64,000 bases of DNA from Eledone cirrhosa (lineage: Eukaryota), in NCBI GenBank assembly GCA_964016885.1, contig OZ024740.1, positions 70,246,001 through 70,310,000 on the forward strand, written 5' to 3'. The position numbers and the translations under genes were made by a program. Shown here piece after piece: positions 42,872-56,721 of the stretch. Every line of letters starts with the position of its first letter. The stretch's first letter is position 1. Under the pieces are notes generated by a model, which saw only the letters and a list, made by a program, of their open reading frames with translations, did not search any database and was not told where the DNA came from.

Positions 42872-43055
42872 TGTTTTCTACTTTAGGCACAAGGCCAGCA
42901 TTATCCAGTGCATTACTGGTACTTTATTTTATCGACCCCGTAAGGATGAAAGGCAAAGTTAACCTCGGCGGGATTTGAACTCAGATCGTAAAGGGACGTA
43001 ACTATGCTGGAAAGCATGGCGTCCGACCCTCTACCGATAACTGCCAATCCGCCGA
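42872..43055 (-). mobile_element. SINE, full length (MetaSINE-like family)
   Basis: Reverse complement of head, core and tail; very similar to 63410-63558. Confidence 0.85.
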
Positions 43056-43697
<642 letters not shown>

Positions 43698-43704
43698 CAA
43701 TGAT

Positions 43705-44165
43705 GATTGAACTTCTCCACCTGCTTCAGGGCAACGCCACTGACATGCAAAGCGCACTGCGTAGGCTTTCTCGAGAGGGTGAATGTCTCGGTCTTTGCAG
43801 CACTGATTTTCATACCTGCCGTTCAACACTCGGAGGTAAGCATATCAAGTGCATCTTGCAGATCTCTTTCTGACGAGTTAAGTAGTACCATGTCGTGTGT
43901 AAATACCAGTTCATTGATTTATTACGTACCAGTTTTTCTACTACTTCCAACTCGGCTGCGCTGTGAATCCTCTTCATGAACATTATTAGCAGGAGATAAA
44001 GTATATAGGGTATTCAAAGCAACAAGAAGCTGCCTGTCCATGCCTTTTGGGGGTTCTCGAAACAACCATACACTTCTTGGCAATAGACCCACGATTTTTC
44101 GAAATTCCGTTGCGGATATTTTGTCGGCTGTGCTACATCCGGGGCGAAAACCACTGTTCATCAGT
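43705..44165 (-). pseudogene. RTE-like LINE RT fragment, internally deleted
   Basis: GFRPGCSTADKI..ALNTLY..DLQDALD..AGMKISAAKTE..LKQVEKF across frames. Confidence 0.7.
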
Positions 44166-44928
44166 TAGCTTTGACAGGGCAATATCCCAATTGGTATTGT
44201 ACCTCTGACAAGGTAAATACATCGATCTGATTGTCTAAAATTAATAAAATTAATAAATATTTAAAGAGCTGTAACTTTCTTTTTATTAATTTCTAAAAAA
44301 AAAAAAAAAATTGATTTCAATAATCTGCATGTATAACTACAAATCATACAAAGTGCTTTTTAAAAGATCCATTCACAGAAAAAATAATTGTCCTTTAGTT
44401 CTGCAAGCAAATTTAATCTAATCGACGATTCTTAATCATGCACAGTAGAAATATGGACAAATTAAACTCCAATATATCCTCATTTCGCCTTCAGCATAGA
44501 TATCATTTTATATTTGATTTCTAAACTACAGATTCCAATATTCGTGAAAGCTTTCTTGCGGTAGTCACACACAAGCACTAACTCGATGACCTTGTTGGTT
44601 AGAAACAATTATTAGGACGACATATACAATGAGAGGGAACATGGTACAGCTGAGCCTAATCGCAAAGGAAACAACTAAAACCAGTCGAGAGAAAAAATAA
44701 GAACATAAAAAATCGGATTAATAAGGCGTTAACAGTTTTCCACAATTATAGTAATATTGACCGCCTGCGGAGTTGTCACTTCCGTTTTAGCTATGGCTGC
44801 TTACTGTGGGTTCGCATCAAATTGACAGCAAATTTCAGCAATTGGTTCAAAACCACACAGCATGACCAGTACACGGGAAAAAAAGAATTTATTTTTAATA
44901 GTAAACCTCTGTCCCTCCTCTCTCTTAC

Positions 44929-44998
<70 letters not shown>

Positions 44999-45418
44999 TC
45001 TCATCCACCTTCTTGCTGATCTAGAAAAACAAAATCCCTGTTAATGATTATGCCTGCTATGTGGAATTTATTTGACAACGGTCGACCTTATCTCAAGTAT
45101 GACGAAAACTAATTTGATTCTAAGTGTGTAAGCTTGCTTCCGATGTTGAAGATGCGCACGATTTTCTTTTCTCTGGAAACAACTTCATAAACTCGTTTCG
45201 TCTCCTCCTCCTCCTCCTCCTTCTTCTACTTCTCTACATCATCATCATCATTCCTCTAGTGATTTTTTTTTTAAGCGGTTGTCTATCGCGAAAATGGCAA
45301 AAGCGAATGTTTCTACTCTCATCATAAGCTTGTGACCATGAATGTGCTGGGTTTCTCGATTGTCCTTCTTTAAAATTTCTCCTATATCATGTTTCATTGT
45401 TTAAAATATATATATATA

Positions 45419-46457
45419 TCTACTATATAAATTGGAAGTGGTCGGACGTTGTATATTTAAGTAAGTAGGTGTAGTCGGATAAACGTCAAAACGGTTTGGT
45501 GGAATGCAGCGAAAATTTACCCAGTTATGCAGAATGACCCGAGGAGGCTTTGGGTCGACTTTCAAGCTACAAGCTTCCATGGTTACGGAGAAAATCGATG
45601 AAACAGGAATTTCCCATTCAAATTGAACTGAGAGTAATCTGTGAACGCAGAAGTAAATATTTCGAGAAACGTTGCAACCGAACGAAAACAGGAAGACGAT
45701 ATTTTGGTTCGCGAAGACGTTCCCTGGCAATGAACGGGAAAAAAGCGAGGATAATACGTCGTTATGTGGAACATGAAGAACAATTTCATGCCAAGACCAA
45801 GTTTATGGTATAAATTGAGTCGTTAGACTAATATTCTGTTTAAAATAACAGAAGGATTTCCAGCCCCGGAGTTTAAGAATGATGTAAATAAAATTGAAAA
45901 CGAAAATGTCAGAGGTTATTAAAATACTAAAAGTAAATAGTGAAGATTTAGGCCAGTACTTACGTATGCCCCGACGGACATACACATACATACGCACACA
46001 CAAATACATACACACCCACAAACATGTGTAAACCTCATGCATTTCTACAGTATTTTCACCAAACGTAAGACATAGGTTACTTATGTACTCCGGATGGTCA
46101 TGGGCACTTTCATTTTTCCAGATATTGATTATAGGGCCTCCCGGCAGATAATCCCCATTAACCACTTTCTTGGAGTCTGAAGCACTGCAGTGCAATGCAA
46201 CAAAACGTCATAACTTCTGGAGATCGCAACCGATTTTCACAAAACTTGACACATGGGCTACGTTTGTCCTACAGATGAATGTGAACTCTCAGAATTAGCA
46301 CATATTGAGTAGGGGACCCTTGGGGACAGGGACCCTTTTTTGGAAAAAGCCGATGATTTTGTAAAAGTATAGTTTTCGAAGCAACACTGAAGTATTGCCA
46401 TAAATGGTATACACAACTGCTATTTAATACCCGAGCAACGTCGGGTACCTCTGCTAG
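45419..46457 (+). mobile_element. Non-autonomous Helitron
   Basis: 5' TCTACTATATAAA after A45418; 3' hairpin TACCCGAGCAACGTCGGGTA (46428-46447) then CTAG followed by T; subterminal CCGATTTTCACAAAACTTG. Confidence 0.8.
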
Positions 46458-46498
<41 letters not shown>

Positions 46499-47254
46499 AT
46501 GACTATATATATATCATATAATTATACATCTCCACCTCCCACTTATTATTCGTTCCTTGTAAATGTTCGCACTCTAGATAACTTGTCCTTGCTGGGTTCC
46601 ATTCGTCGTGTACTCTTTTTCTTTCATCCTTACGGGATTGATAAAATAAAATACCAGTAATGCACAGGGTTGATTTAATCGACTTCCCCCTCCACCAAAG
46701 TTGTTGACATTATGCCTAAATCAGAAACCATTGTTGTTGTTGTCTCTGAATAGTTGCTATAATATGAAAAGAAAGTTTACTTCAAATAGAAAAAGAGTGG
46801 AAAATAAAACCAAACGAAAAGAAAAGCAACTTTATCATGGCATTTCTCTCATTTGTCTTCAGCAGCTTTTTTCCAGACTAGGATCATGACCTCTGACAGT
46901 CTTAAGACTATTAAAACATGAAAAGAAACTGTGTTCGCGTGTGTGTGTGGGGGGGGGGGGGGGTTATTGCTATTGGTAATGGTTTTACACATGTAAAAGC
47001 ATACACAACCATCGTTCGTCTATTAACAATAAAAAACAGGAGGTTTATTTGATAAGGTCGTTCTTTAAGACAGATAGTCACACCTCATTCTATATTTCAA
47101 CAAAGCCGTAAAAAATCTTTAAGAGAAGCGTTATTATATTTAGAAAAGAAGAGTGAATATTTGTTAAAGCTTTGAAGTATTTTAACAACTGGGGAAGAAA
47201 TGCATTTGAGGATCTTTAGAGAAAATATATTAGAAACCATTTTGTAAATTGGTA

Positions 47255-47740
47255 GAGTCGTTCGAGGTTTGGACAAATTCTTAGCAGTATTATTTGTTTC
47301 ATCTTTTACATTCTGATTTCAAATCCAACCGAGGTCAGCTTTACGTTTAATTCTACCGACATCGAAAAAGTAAGGTACCAGTAAAAAAACTGGGATCGTA
47401 TAATTGAATTTCCCCTCCTTACAAATTGCTGGATTTGTGCATAAATTAAAAACCATTTTATTTTAATTTCCCTTCTTCATTTTACTTTTCCCCTACGTCC
47501 AGATGTGGCAATGCCAATAGCAATAATATTAACAATAAGGGTAGTGGATTGGCAGACTTGGTAGAACAACCGATAAAATTACATTGCGGTATTTGTTCTG
47601 GTTCTTTACTTTCTGTATTCAAATCCCACCGAAGTCAACTTTTCCTTTCATCCTCCCGAATAGAGACAGGTACTGGGGTTGATTTAATCTATTTACTCTT
47701 CTCCAAACATGTTAGCCTTCTACCTAAATTAGAAATCTTT
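47255..47740 (+). mobile_element. Two old diverged SINE copies
   Basis: TTCAAATCC..CCGA(G/A)GTCA..TTT core remnants and tails. Confidence 0.55.
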
Positions 47741-48611
47741 ATTGTTATAAAATTATTAATTTGTTGGGGGAAACAGTTGAGCATATGGATCCATGATATG
47801 GCTGGCATCCTATAATATTGACTGCAGAAAGATGAACGTCAAAATCGTACATCACCGCTATTCAAAATTAGGACATAAATTGATACAGCAAAGATATTCA
47901 GCTGTCCAACAACATTTTAACAGTAATAAAATATTAGTCAAGCATTCGTATCCTCAACACTATTATCGTTTCCTTATCACTTATGAGTCAACTACTTGCC
48001 ACCGATCGAAATTATGTTGCTATGTAAGTTAAGCGGTCGCCAGTCACACAGAAAAAGCGTTACCGAACTCGTATCTCCGATTTTTTTATGTGTTTTTAGT
48101 TTTGTTTTATTTCATTTACGTGGATGTGCGGCGGGAGGCATTCACTTTATCTCTCAATGTTTGCCGATCACTGTGAGCAGCTGTCCGTACTACTACAGGA
48201 ACCAGTCAGCAACTCACATCGGTAATCGAATAAAGCAACCCTAATCGCCTAACCGAAGCATAGCAGAATGTAGAAAGTGGTGAACCCAATACCGCACATC
48301 GGTGGGCTAATGAATAAACCGCAATAACTTTCTGGAAAGCGATGAGCCACTGACTGAATTCAGACCGAGATCCTCTGACGATAAACAAAAAAGCAGAGGA
48401 TTAGCAACCGAGTAGACGCCATGCAGCAGCAAAGACATATATGACCGCAGTGACACATGTTTCGGAACTAATAACTCTTCCAAAGATAGATCTCTCTATG
48501 ATGGATCGCTCTAAAGTGAGGTATATATGTGTGTGCAGGCATTGCTGTGGAGTTTTGAGTCCAATCCCACTGCACAGCAATTTGGACAAATGTCTTCTTC
48601 CATACACCTGC

Positions 48612-48694
<83 letters not shown>

Positions 48695-48806
48695 CACACA
48701 CACACATATATAGTGCTAAAAACGCGGGAGGTTATATCCAAAGTTGTTAGAGCACTTAGTCCAAAGAACGAGTTTGGTATAGAGTTAGTTCCATAAGAAA
48801 TAAGCA

Positions 48807-48852
<46 letters not shown>

Positions 48853-49449
48853 CATCATTTAACGTCCTTTTTCCTTACTGTTAGACCGACCGAAAGCAGC
48901 AGAGAGACAGGACACCTGGTACAACGCTGATTGTGACACTGTAGAGCAGAAGGTGTTTAACCACTGATAGCATTCAGATCGATAGCGGACGCCTAGAACT
49001 GCGCTGAGGCTAAACAAAAACAAGCGCGTGGATTAGTAGCAGTTCAGACGCCATGCAGTATAGTAAAAATATATGCAGCCCAAGTTCCAGAACTTGCAAA
49101 ATACGAATACATTGGCCAACGTATTTTACTTTATGTTGTCGACCCTGGGAAGTTGACCTCGGTGTGATTTGACATCAGAATATAGAGAGCCAAAACAAAT
49201 AATTATAATAATGTAGCAACAATAACGGCATTGATCTCTATGGTCTTAGAGGCCCTCTGAAGGTCATGGGCACTGCCCCTTCCTCTACCAAGTTTTCGAA
49301 ATATCCATTTCAAATCATTTACACCGTTAATGTTTTTAGTAACGGCAGAAACATCAAAGTTCCCATTCTCTTCTTCACCGAAATCAATACAATTTTTCAG
49401 CTATTGATTTTCTAACATTTGTACATGGCCACAGTATCTTTGTAGGGAA

Positions 49450-49615
49450 GGGGTGGGTTGTAATCGATTAAATCGACAGTGTGCTTTATTTTATCGACCC
49501 CAGAAAGATGAAAAGGGAAAGTTGACCTCGACGGGATTTAAGGTTATATCGTGAAGGGCCGTGACTAAATACAGCAAATGGATTTTGTCCGATGCTCTAC
49601 CGATTCTGCCAATAC
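49450..49615 (-). mobile_element. Diverged SINE copy
   Basis: TTTTATCGACCCC..GATGAAA..AAGTTGACCTCG..CTGCCAAT. Confidence 0.6.
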
Positions 49616-50539
49616 ACAATCCACTTTCAACTATTGGTTTAAAAAAAAAACTTAAGTTTGACTCAATCTGAATTGTTTGTGAAGCAAATAGGTTATCACT
49701 TGTTCACAGAAGAGTATTTAAAGTTACATTGAACGAATATTTCAAGCTATGTACAACTATTGGTACAGGCATGGTTGTGTGGATAAGAAGTTCCCTTTGC
49801 AAGCATGTTCTTCCAGTTTCGATCCCACTGCGTGGCACTTTGGGAAATTTTTTTTTTTTTTTTTTTTTTACCCAAAGATGCTATGCTTCAGTTGAGAAAT
49901 AGAATGTCTCTTGAAGACATTGAATCAACCCGGAATTATATAGATCTAATCTGTGTTTGAAACCACAGATTTGTTAATGCTTACTCAGAAGAATGGTCAA
50001 TGACAATAATCCCTTGCAAAATGTCCAAGACTGGTTGAGTGAGCAAAAGAAATTATGTTGAAACTTGATACTTGGTTCGAATGATTCCAAAAACGTGAAT
50101 CCTATGGTGCATTGTATTTTACTGGGAAATGGATGAAATCGAGCACACAGGCAGATCAGGATGCAAATGGCTGAGGCAAATACCGCCATATATCCAGTCC
50201 ACTGCTCTAAATTGGCACATTATATATCGACCCCAAAAACGATGAAAAGCGAAGTTGATCTAAGTAGGATTTGAACTTAGAAATGAACCGAAATGTATAC
50301 AGCAAATCATTTCGTCTGACGCTCTAAATCTTCTGCCGATGCTTTAGTGTATACGTAATAAGTGTTTACGTAATTTCGGCTTATACAATACTACCAACGT
50401 AGCTTGTCGACAATGCAATATAATCTTAACTTTTCAAAATAACTTTGATAATTTTTTAAATATGTTTATTCTTATTCACTGACAGCTCAATGTGTTTCAA
50501 TATATTTTATCAACGAAAATAAAGTATATATTTATGTGT

Positions 50540-50624
<85 letters not shown>

Positions 50625-51526
50625 TAAATATTTACTTCATATATATATATATAATTTATATGTGTGGCTGTGTGTGTTGGTATATATGTGTGCAGGTATG
50701 TATATATGTATGTGTATATATATATATGTGTGTATATTTCTATCGATTTGAAATGATAATAAAAAATGTGACTTAAAAAAAGACAACAGGTTTGTTATTG
50801 AAATAGTTTACGAAAACAAAAGTGGATCCAATTTTATTTTAAATTAGAATTCTGCTATATACTATATGAAGAAACGAAAAAGAAATCCATCTTTAAATAA
50901 CAATAACATTCTATAAATAACAAAAACAAAAGAAAAAAATTCAAACGAAAAACAATTACAACTACAGCAACATCATCATAAAAAGACTTCATTTAATGAG
51001 TAGAAAGGAAATTGATTAATAATAGGGAAGGAGTTTATGACAGGGAGAAGAGTCTTCAATTTTACATTAAAATAAAATAAAATAAAATTCTGTTGAAATT
51101 AAAGAAATGTCTTGGGAAATCTAAAGATACCGAAGCTTCTAAATGTTTTAACACCTATCGAAAACCATGAATGAATGTGACAACTATTTCCTTTCTGAAT
51201 TTTCATTTATTTATGGCGTTTCTCGTCGTCTTTAATAAATATCTCAGACTTGCAAAATGTTCATTTTTCATTCCTACTTCCATTTGTATCGCATATTTCC
51301 TTCTTATTTCTTCTCTCTCTCTCTCTCTCTCTCTCTTTCTAGGTATATATGTATGGACATTCCTATCTCATCTCAAGAGATGTTGGTTTACGTCTAATGA
51401 TAACAGTGGTAACGCACGAATAAGTTAATCTGTTAAATACATACATTTAACTGTGTTGATTGCTCTTTTCATTCGTTTGTTAACATACACACGCACATTC
51501 ACAGATGTATATACATATATATATAT

Positions 51527-51570
<44 letters not shown>

Positions 51571-52706
51571 ACACACACACACACACAACCAAACAGACAC
51601 AGTAGTTCAGATGACAATTCTTTTGCAATAAACAGAATACACATACTCCCATTGATATCTAGTACGCTAAGCCATAGAGACATGTTCAACTCCACTGTCC
51701 TTCAGTTTCCATCAAGACGAATGGGATAGGGAGTAATGTTAATTCTTTTTCTAGATATAAAGGGATATATATGCTGGTTAAATTTACTCTGAAATACTTG
51801 GCTACAATTAATAAATACAAACACGTTAGTGTATTCTCTCCTAAATTCTGATGTTTTCATGAAAAGTGTATTAGACGAGCAGTATTACTCTCTGTCGTGC
51901 GGTGACGTTGAAGCGTTGGACAAATGCTTCGCAGTAAGTGTTTCAGCTTTTAACTTCATCAGTTCAAATACCACTGAAGTCAACTTTGTATTTTCCTCAT
52001 GTCGGAAAACATTGTGTTATGCCTACTAAAAGCCTAAGGTGGCTCCATATGGTATGTAGAGATAATTATACCTAGGCTACGTCAGAGTAGGACGTTCCAT
52101 CTAGGATTACATACGAGTGGGGGCACTTTCCATATCACTTGAGGATAGTTCCCGCCATCAGATGCAGACGTGTACCTAAGAACTCAGCCCTTCTGTTAAT
52201 TACTGGTATCAATCGACTTTTGCCTTAACCTAAACCGATTATTACGGACAGGATTACGAGGCCTGAAAACAGACACTTTCCCTTTTAGCAAAGCTGTAGA
52301 GATATTTTCGGGTTTCGCTTAAAGAGAAAATTGGGGGATTAGCAGGAAATGCTGCCTTCCAACATTGTTATTGAAAGTTGAAGGAGCGAGGGATGTATGG
52401 TCCAAGTAAACGTACCTTCTCTGGGTATGCAGCAGTACATTGGTGAAGGACAATGGAACGAATACAGTTGCCTGAGAGGTCAGGGTGACCGTGACTTTTT
52501 GTAGTTTTTTTCCCACGATTAGAGCTTGGAAGTCACCCCCACTATTGGGAAATTTTCTTTGTAACATTTTATGGTTAGCCATTTTGTTTTTGTTTCCGTT
52601 ATTTCATTTTTAGCAGATTTTCATATAAACCCACAATGTGTTCTATTGTACCGTCCTTAAATTGTTTTTGTAAACTCTTTGTGGTTGATAAAACCATTAT
52701 CATTAC

Positions 52707-52749
<43 letters not shown>

Positions 52750-52920
52750 GGTCTGTTTGGACGTATTTTTTGCTCGCTCCCAGTAAGTCGCTTTATTTGC
52801 CTGTTAAAATTATTTGTTGTGTAAGGGATATAAGCCCTTAGACTTTGCCCTGTGAAGGGGAAAGTAAGATATTTGGGCCTTTTGGCCCAAATATTGGAAC
52901 ATTTTACTTTAAAAAAAAAC

Positions 52921-54896
52921 ATGGCTGAGCCACGCCCCCCAGCAATATGTCTGCTGTCGGCTGACAACGGCGATAAAGTTGAGAGGAGGGTTACAAACAT
53001 TGTTACAACAGACACCACCACAAATAACGGGAACAAAGACAACACCGAGAACACTAATTTCGAAAATATTACCACACCAACTACAACAATAACAGCGTCA
53101 ACCAAAATACAGACAACAGAAAAATATGACAACAAATGCAACAACGTTATTAACACCACTAACAAGAAAATAAACAACGACAACACCAACTGCAACAATA
53201 CAAATTGCACCAAAAACACAACCAACTACAACAGTAATAACATCAACAACACCAACACCGTTCGTAGCAGTAGCAACAGCAACAACACCAACAACAAGAC
53301 CAGTAGCGGCAGCATTAATGGTGCCGCTGAAAAGGGGGGGGGGCACTTCTTTCGCAGGTGTGGTCCGAAATATAGAAACAGTGCTAGTCACGCAGGAGGA
53401 GATGGCAGTCGCCAGAGCCATGGTGACTAGAAATGATAATAGAGTTTCCCTGAAACCTCCACCCGATTTCTTCAAAGACCAGCAACTGCGCACGGTGACT
53501 TACCGCACCGTAAGCAAAATGTCGCATCGGGTGGAGAGAGCCACGGAGGCTCAAATCCCAAAGGCCTTGGGGTGCGTCTGAGCGCGCTAAACCCACATCA
53601 CCCGAGATAAAAAGTACGCCACAGTAGACGTACTTTTCGCCACCCTCCGAGAGGCGAAGTCTCACTCTTTGGAAACCCTAGAGAGTGAGGAGATAGTCTT
53701 GGTGCCCTCCTACTGCGGGCAGAAAATTGTGAGGGTCAAAGTGACCTAGGTCCCGCCCGACGTGCCCATACCTTGGCTGGCCGCGTCTGTACTGGCTGGA
53801 ATCGAGGAGAAGACCACCATACTGCAAATACAGAGAATGGGAAGAGAGAACTGGTCAGGAATAGGCATGCAAATGCTAATACAGACTGACCAGGAGTGCA
53901 TCGAGGCCATCCCAGATATCATAGACCTAGAAGATGGCCTCCATCTCCCTATAAGCGTGGAAGGAAGGCGCCCAAAGTGCTATCTATGTGGGCAGAAGGG
54001 TCACCTCAGGGCCTTCTGCCCACAGAAGACATCCAAGAAGAGGGTCTCCCCTGCTTCCGACGCCTGATCCGCTGCTACCAAGAACAGGGCAGGCAACAGT
54101 GGCAGAAGACCCTTCAATGGTGAGTAGGATGGCAACGTCCGTGGCACCCATACCAAGGCCACGGACAACTAAAACAGCGGCAGTAGTGGCGGCAACACCA
54201 ACAGTCGCAGTAGCTACGCCGGCGGTAAAATCGCCGGAGCAGGCTCCACTACCACCACCAACAGCAGTGGAGCTCATACCCCTCCCGGACGCCGCGGGGT
54301 CCGACATGGAGTGTGATGCGGGAGGGAAGTAGCAAACGGTCTGCCACAAAAAACAAACCGAAAAAAACCTTAGCTTCACCCTCCAAAAGCGAAAGCAGAC
54401 AAAGGGGGGTAAAAGCTGCAAGGAGACTTGCAGCAACACCACCACCACCATCACCATCACCACCACAAGCATCACCACCAACAACAACCACACCACCACC
54501 AGCATCACCAAAAACACCAACATCGCAAACACAACAAAACACACACACCCAACAGCAACAACAAGAAAACACCAACAAAATTGCCCTCCCCCAAAAAGTA
54601 CACAGCCATAAACATGGCAAATAAAGAACTCCTACAACACATAAAGCAGCACACAGACATCACAGAAAAAAACCACTACACCCCACCAACACCAAGAACT
54701 CTCCCGACAAACATAAGCATCATTGAAATCTCCATAGAACATTATGAACTTTTAAAGCAAAACTTCCCCAACGCAGTTGGAGACTTCAGAGGGTCGGTTA
54801 CCAAGAGAATATACACCGACATCCTCTTGGAAACACCCATGACCAGCCAAAGGGACGGTTCTACTGTCCCTTCACCACACGATCAAGGTAAGTGAT
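52921..54896 (+). pseudogene. Tx1 ORF1 (gag-like, zinc knuckle), frameshifts and stops
   Basis: MAEPRPP start, N/T-rich region, VEGRRPKCYLCGQKGHLRAFC (C-X2-C-X4-H-X4-C), P/T-rich C-terminus. Confidence 0.8.
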
Positions 54897-54927
54897 TCTT
54901 TCTCACTAATCCCGTTTCTCATCCAAC

Positions 54928-56420
54928 ATGGCCGTACTTAGAATAGGCAGTATAAATGTACGTGGCCTGGAGTCATCTTGGAAGCAGGGTCACCTGCTCA
55001 ACGACCTCAGGTCACTAAACATAGATGTGGTGGCCATCAGCGAGACCAGAATCTCCGAAGCACAAGCCTTCGCACCGATATTCGGCGGCTACGATGTATA
55101 CGCATCTCCCAGCTGTCCAGGATCGGGGGAGGGGTTGCCATGCGAACTGGGATGCGGGAGATCCGTGTCAGCTTACGCCGACGACGTCACCGTGGTGGTG
55201 TCGAGCACCAAACACGTCCAGATGCTCGGCACCGCTCTCAAGGAATACGAAGCGGTGACAGGAGGAAAGATAAACCAGGAAAAGTCGGTGGGCTTGCAAC
55301 TCGGCACCTGGAGAGGCAAGTCCATGCCGTCCGACAGCGTCGTGGAGGACTGGACAAAAGGACCAGTTAAATTGCTCGGGGTCTGGTTCGGTCCAGACCT
55401 CCAGATGGATAAAAACTGGAGCGAGGTGACGAGCAGGGTGGCCTCTCTCACCCAGAAATGGGCCGAGAAGAGATTGTCTCTGAAAGGTCGGGCGGGAGTG
55501 GCGAATGCATACATACATTCTGTCATCTACTACCGCCTGACCGTCGTACCTTGCCCCCACCCATCTCTGGTGCTTCCTTCACGGTGAACAGGTGTGGTCG
55601 CCGTTTGCCAGACGCACTTTTCCCCAGCTCGTCTCTTTGACGGAGCTGCAGTCCTGGATCAGGAAAAGACCGAAGGACAGCGCTTGGAAGCTGGAATGTC
55701 TCCAAGCGCTCACCGCCCTCTACCGGCTTGGCACTAGTATCGGTTGAACATCCACCTCGGCGTTCTATAGAGGGCTAGTGGAGGGAAAGAGCGACGACGT
55801 TCTTGGGGAGACCCTGGGCGTCGAAGTCGATCAGCTGTTCGCTCTCTTCAAGAGAACTTTCAGACCGGTGCCTATGGACAACTTCCAGAAATCCTGGCAG
55901 TGCTACCGGGGAGCACTTCCAGAAATCCTGGCAGTGCTACCGGGGAGCGTTACCGGTTCGGCATAAGCTCTACAGGCACGGAGGTGCTGTCAGCCGAGCC
56001 TGTCCGAGATGCGCGCAGGGCGACGAAACCGTCCTGAACGCACTCGTTCAGTGCCCGAGGATTGCTGACTAGTGGAGCTATGTCGAACAGCTGCTGTCGT
56101 GTGTAGGACGGATCTGGTTATCGACTGAGTCCATTGTGCAGATAGCCCCGCCATCCTCCTTTAAAGAGGAGGAAGGGCAGGCAGTTTTCATCTGCCTGGT
56201 GGCCATGGCGAAAGAGATTGTGTGGTGGACAAGGTTGAAAGGGTTAAAGACGGACACTTTCCTCTCCGGCCAATCCCTGATTAACTTTTTCAAGTTTCAC
56301 TTGAAGAGGAAGATCAGGGTGAAGAGACAAGTGCTGTCTTGTAGTAAGTTTGTTGAAAGGTGGGTGAAAGTGCCGTGTCTGGTCCGAGTGAACGGGCCTG
56401 CTCTGAGTATACGCCTATAG
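54928..56420 (+). pseudogene. Tx1 ORF2 remnant (EN N-terminus fused to RT YADD region and C-terminus)
   Basis: Collinear with the 9150-12329 ORF but jumps from the ASPSCPGSG region to LPCELG..SAYADD; second deletion near 55570; about 34-bp tandem duplication at 55882-55949. Confidence 0.88.
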
Positions 56421-56721
56421 ACTGAGGAGTGGGAAAAGTGAGAGAGGGCGCTTGCCCTGGTGGTCAGGGTGGCCGTGGTCTTTTGTGTGGTTTTCACCAC
56501 GAGTAACCCATGGAGGTTTCCCCCTTCTTGGGGAATTTTTGTTTGAATTTTTTTGGATTTCTAGTCCGGTTTTGTTTTAACCTGTTTACACGACTAAAAC
56601 CCACTTTGTATCGTCCTGTACTGTTCTGTGCCGTCTCTAATGTTGTTCTTCCTGTCAGCCCTTGTGGCCAATAAAGAAACCATTATTATTATTATTTATT
56701 ATTATTGTTGTCGTTGTTATT

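Larger units (their letters stand above)
52750..56679 (+). mobile_element. Tx1-clade LINE, 5'-complete but internally deleted, inserted in (ATT)n
   Basis: 5' UTR, ORF1 with CCHC knuckle, ORF2 remnant, 3' end CCCTTGTGGCCAATAAAGAAA; (ATT)n on both flanks. Confidence 0.9.

Noticed and set aside
49870-50200. Possible host exon or ancient RT remnant
   Set aside because: I could not support any recognisable motif or clean open frame.
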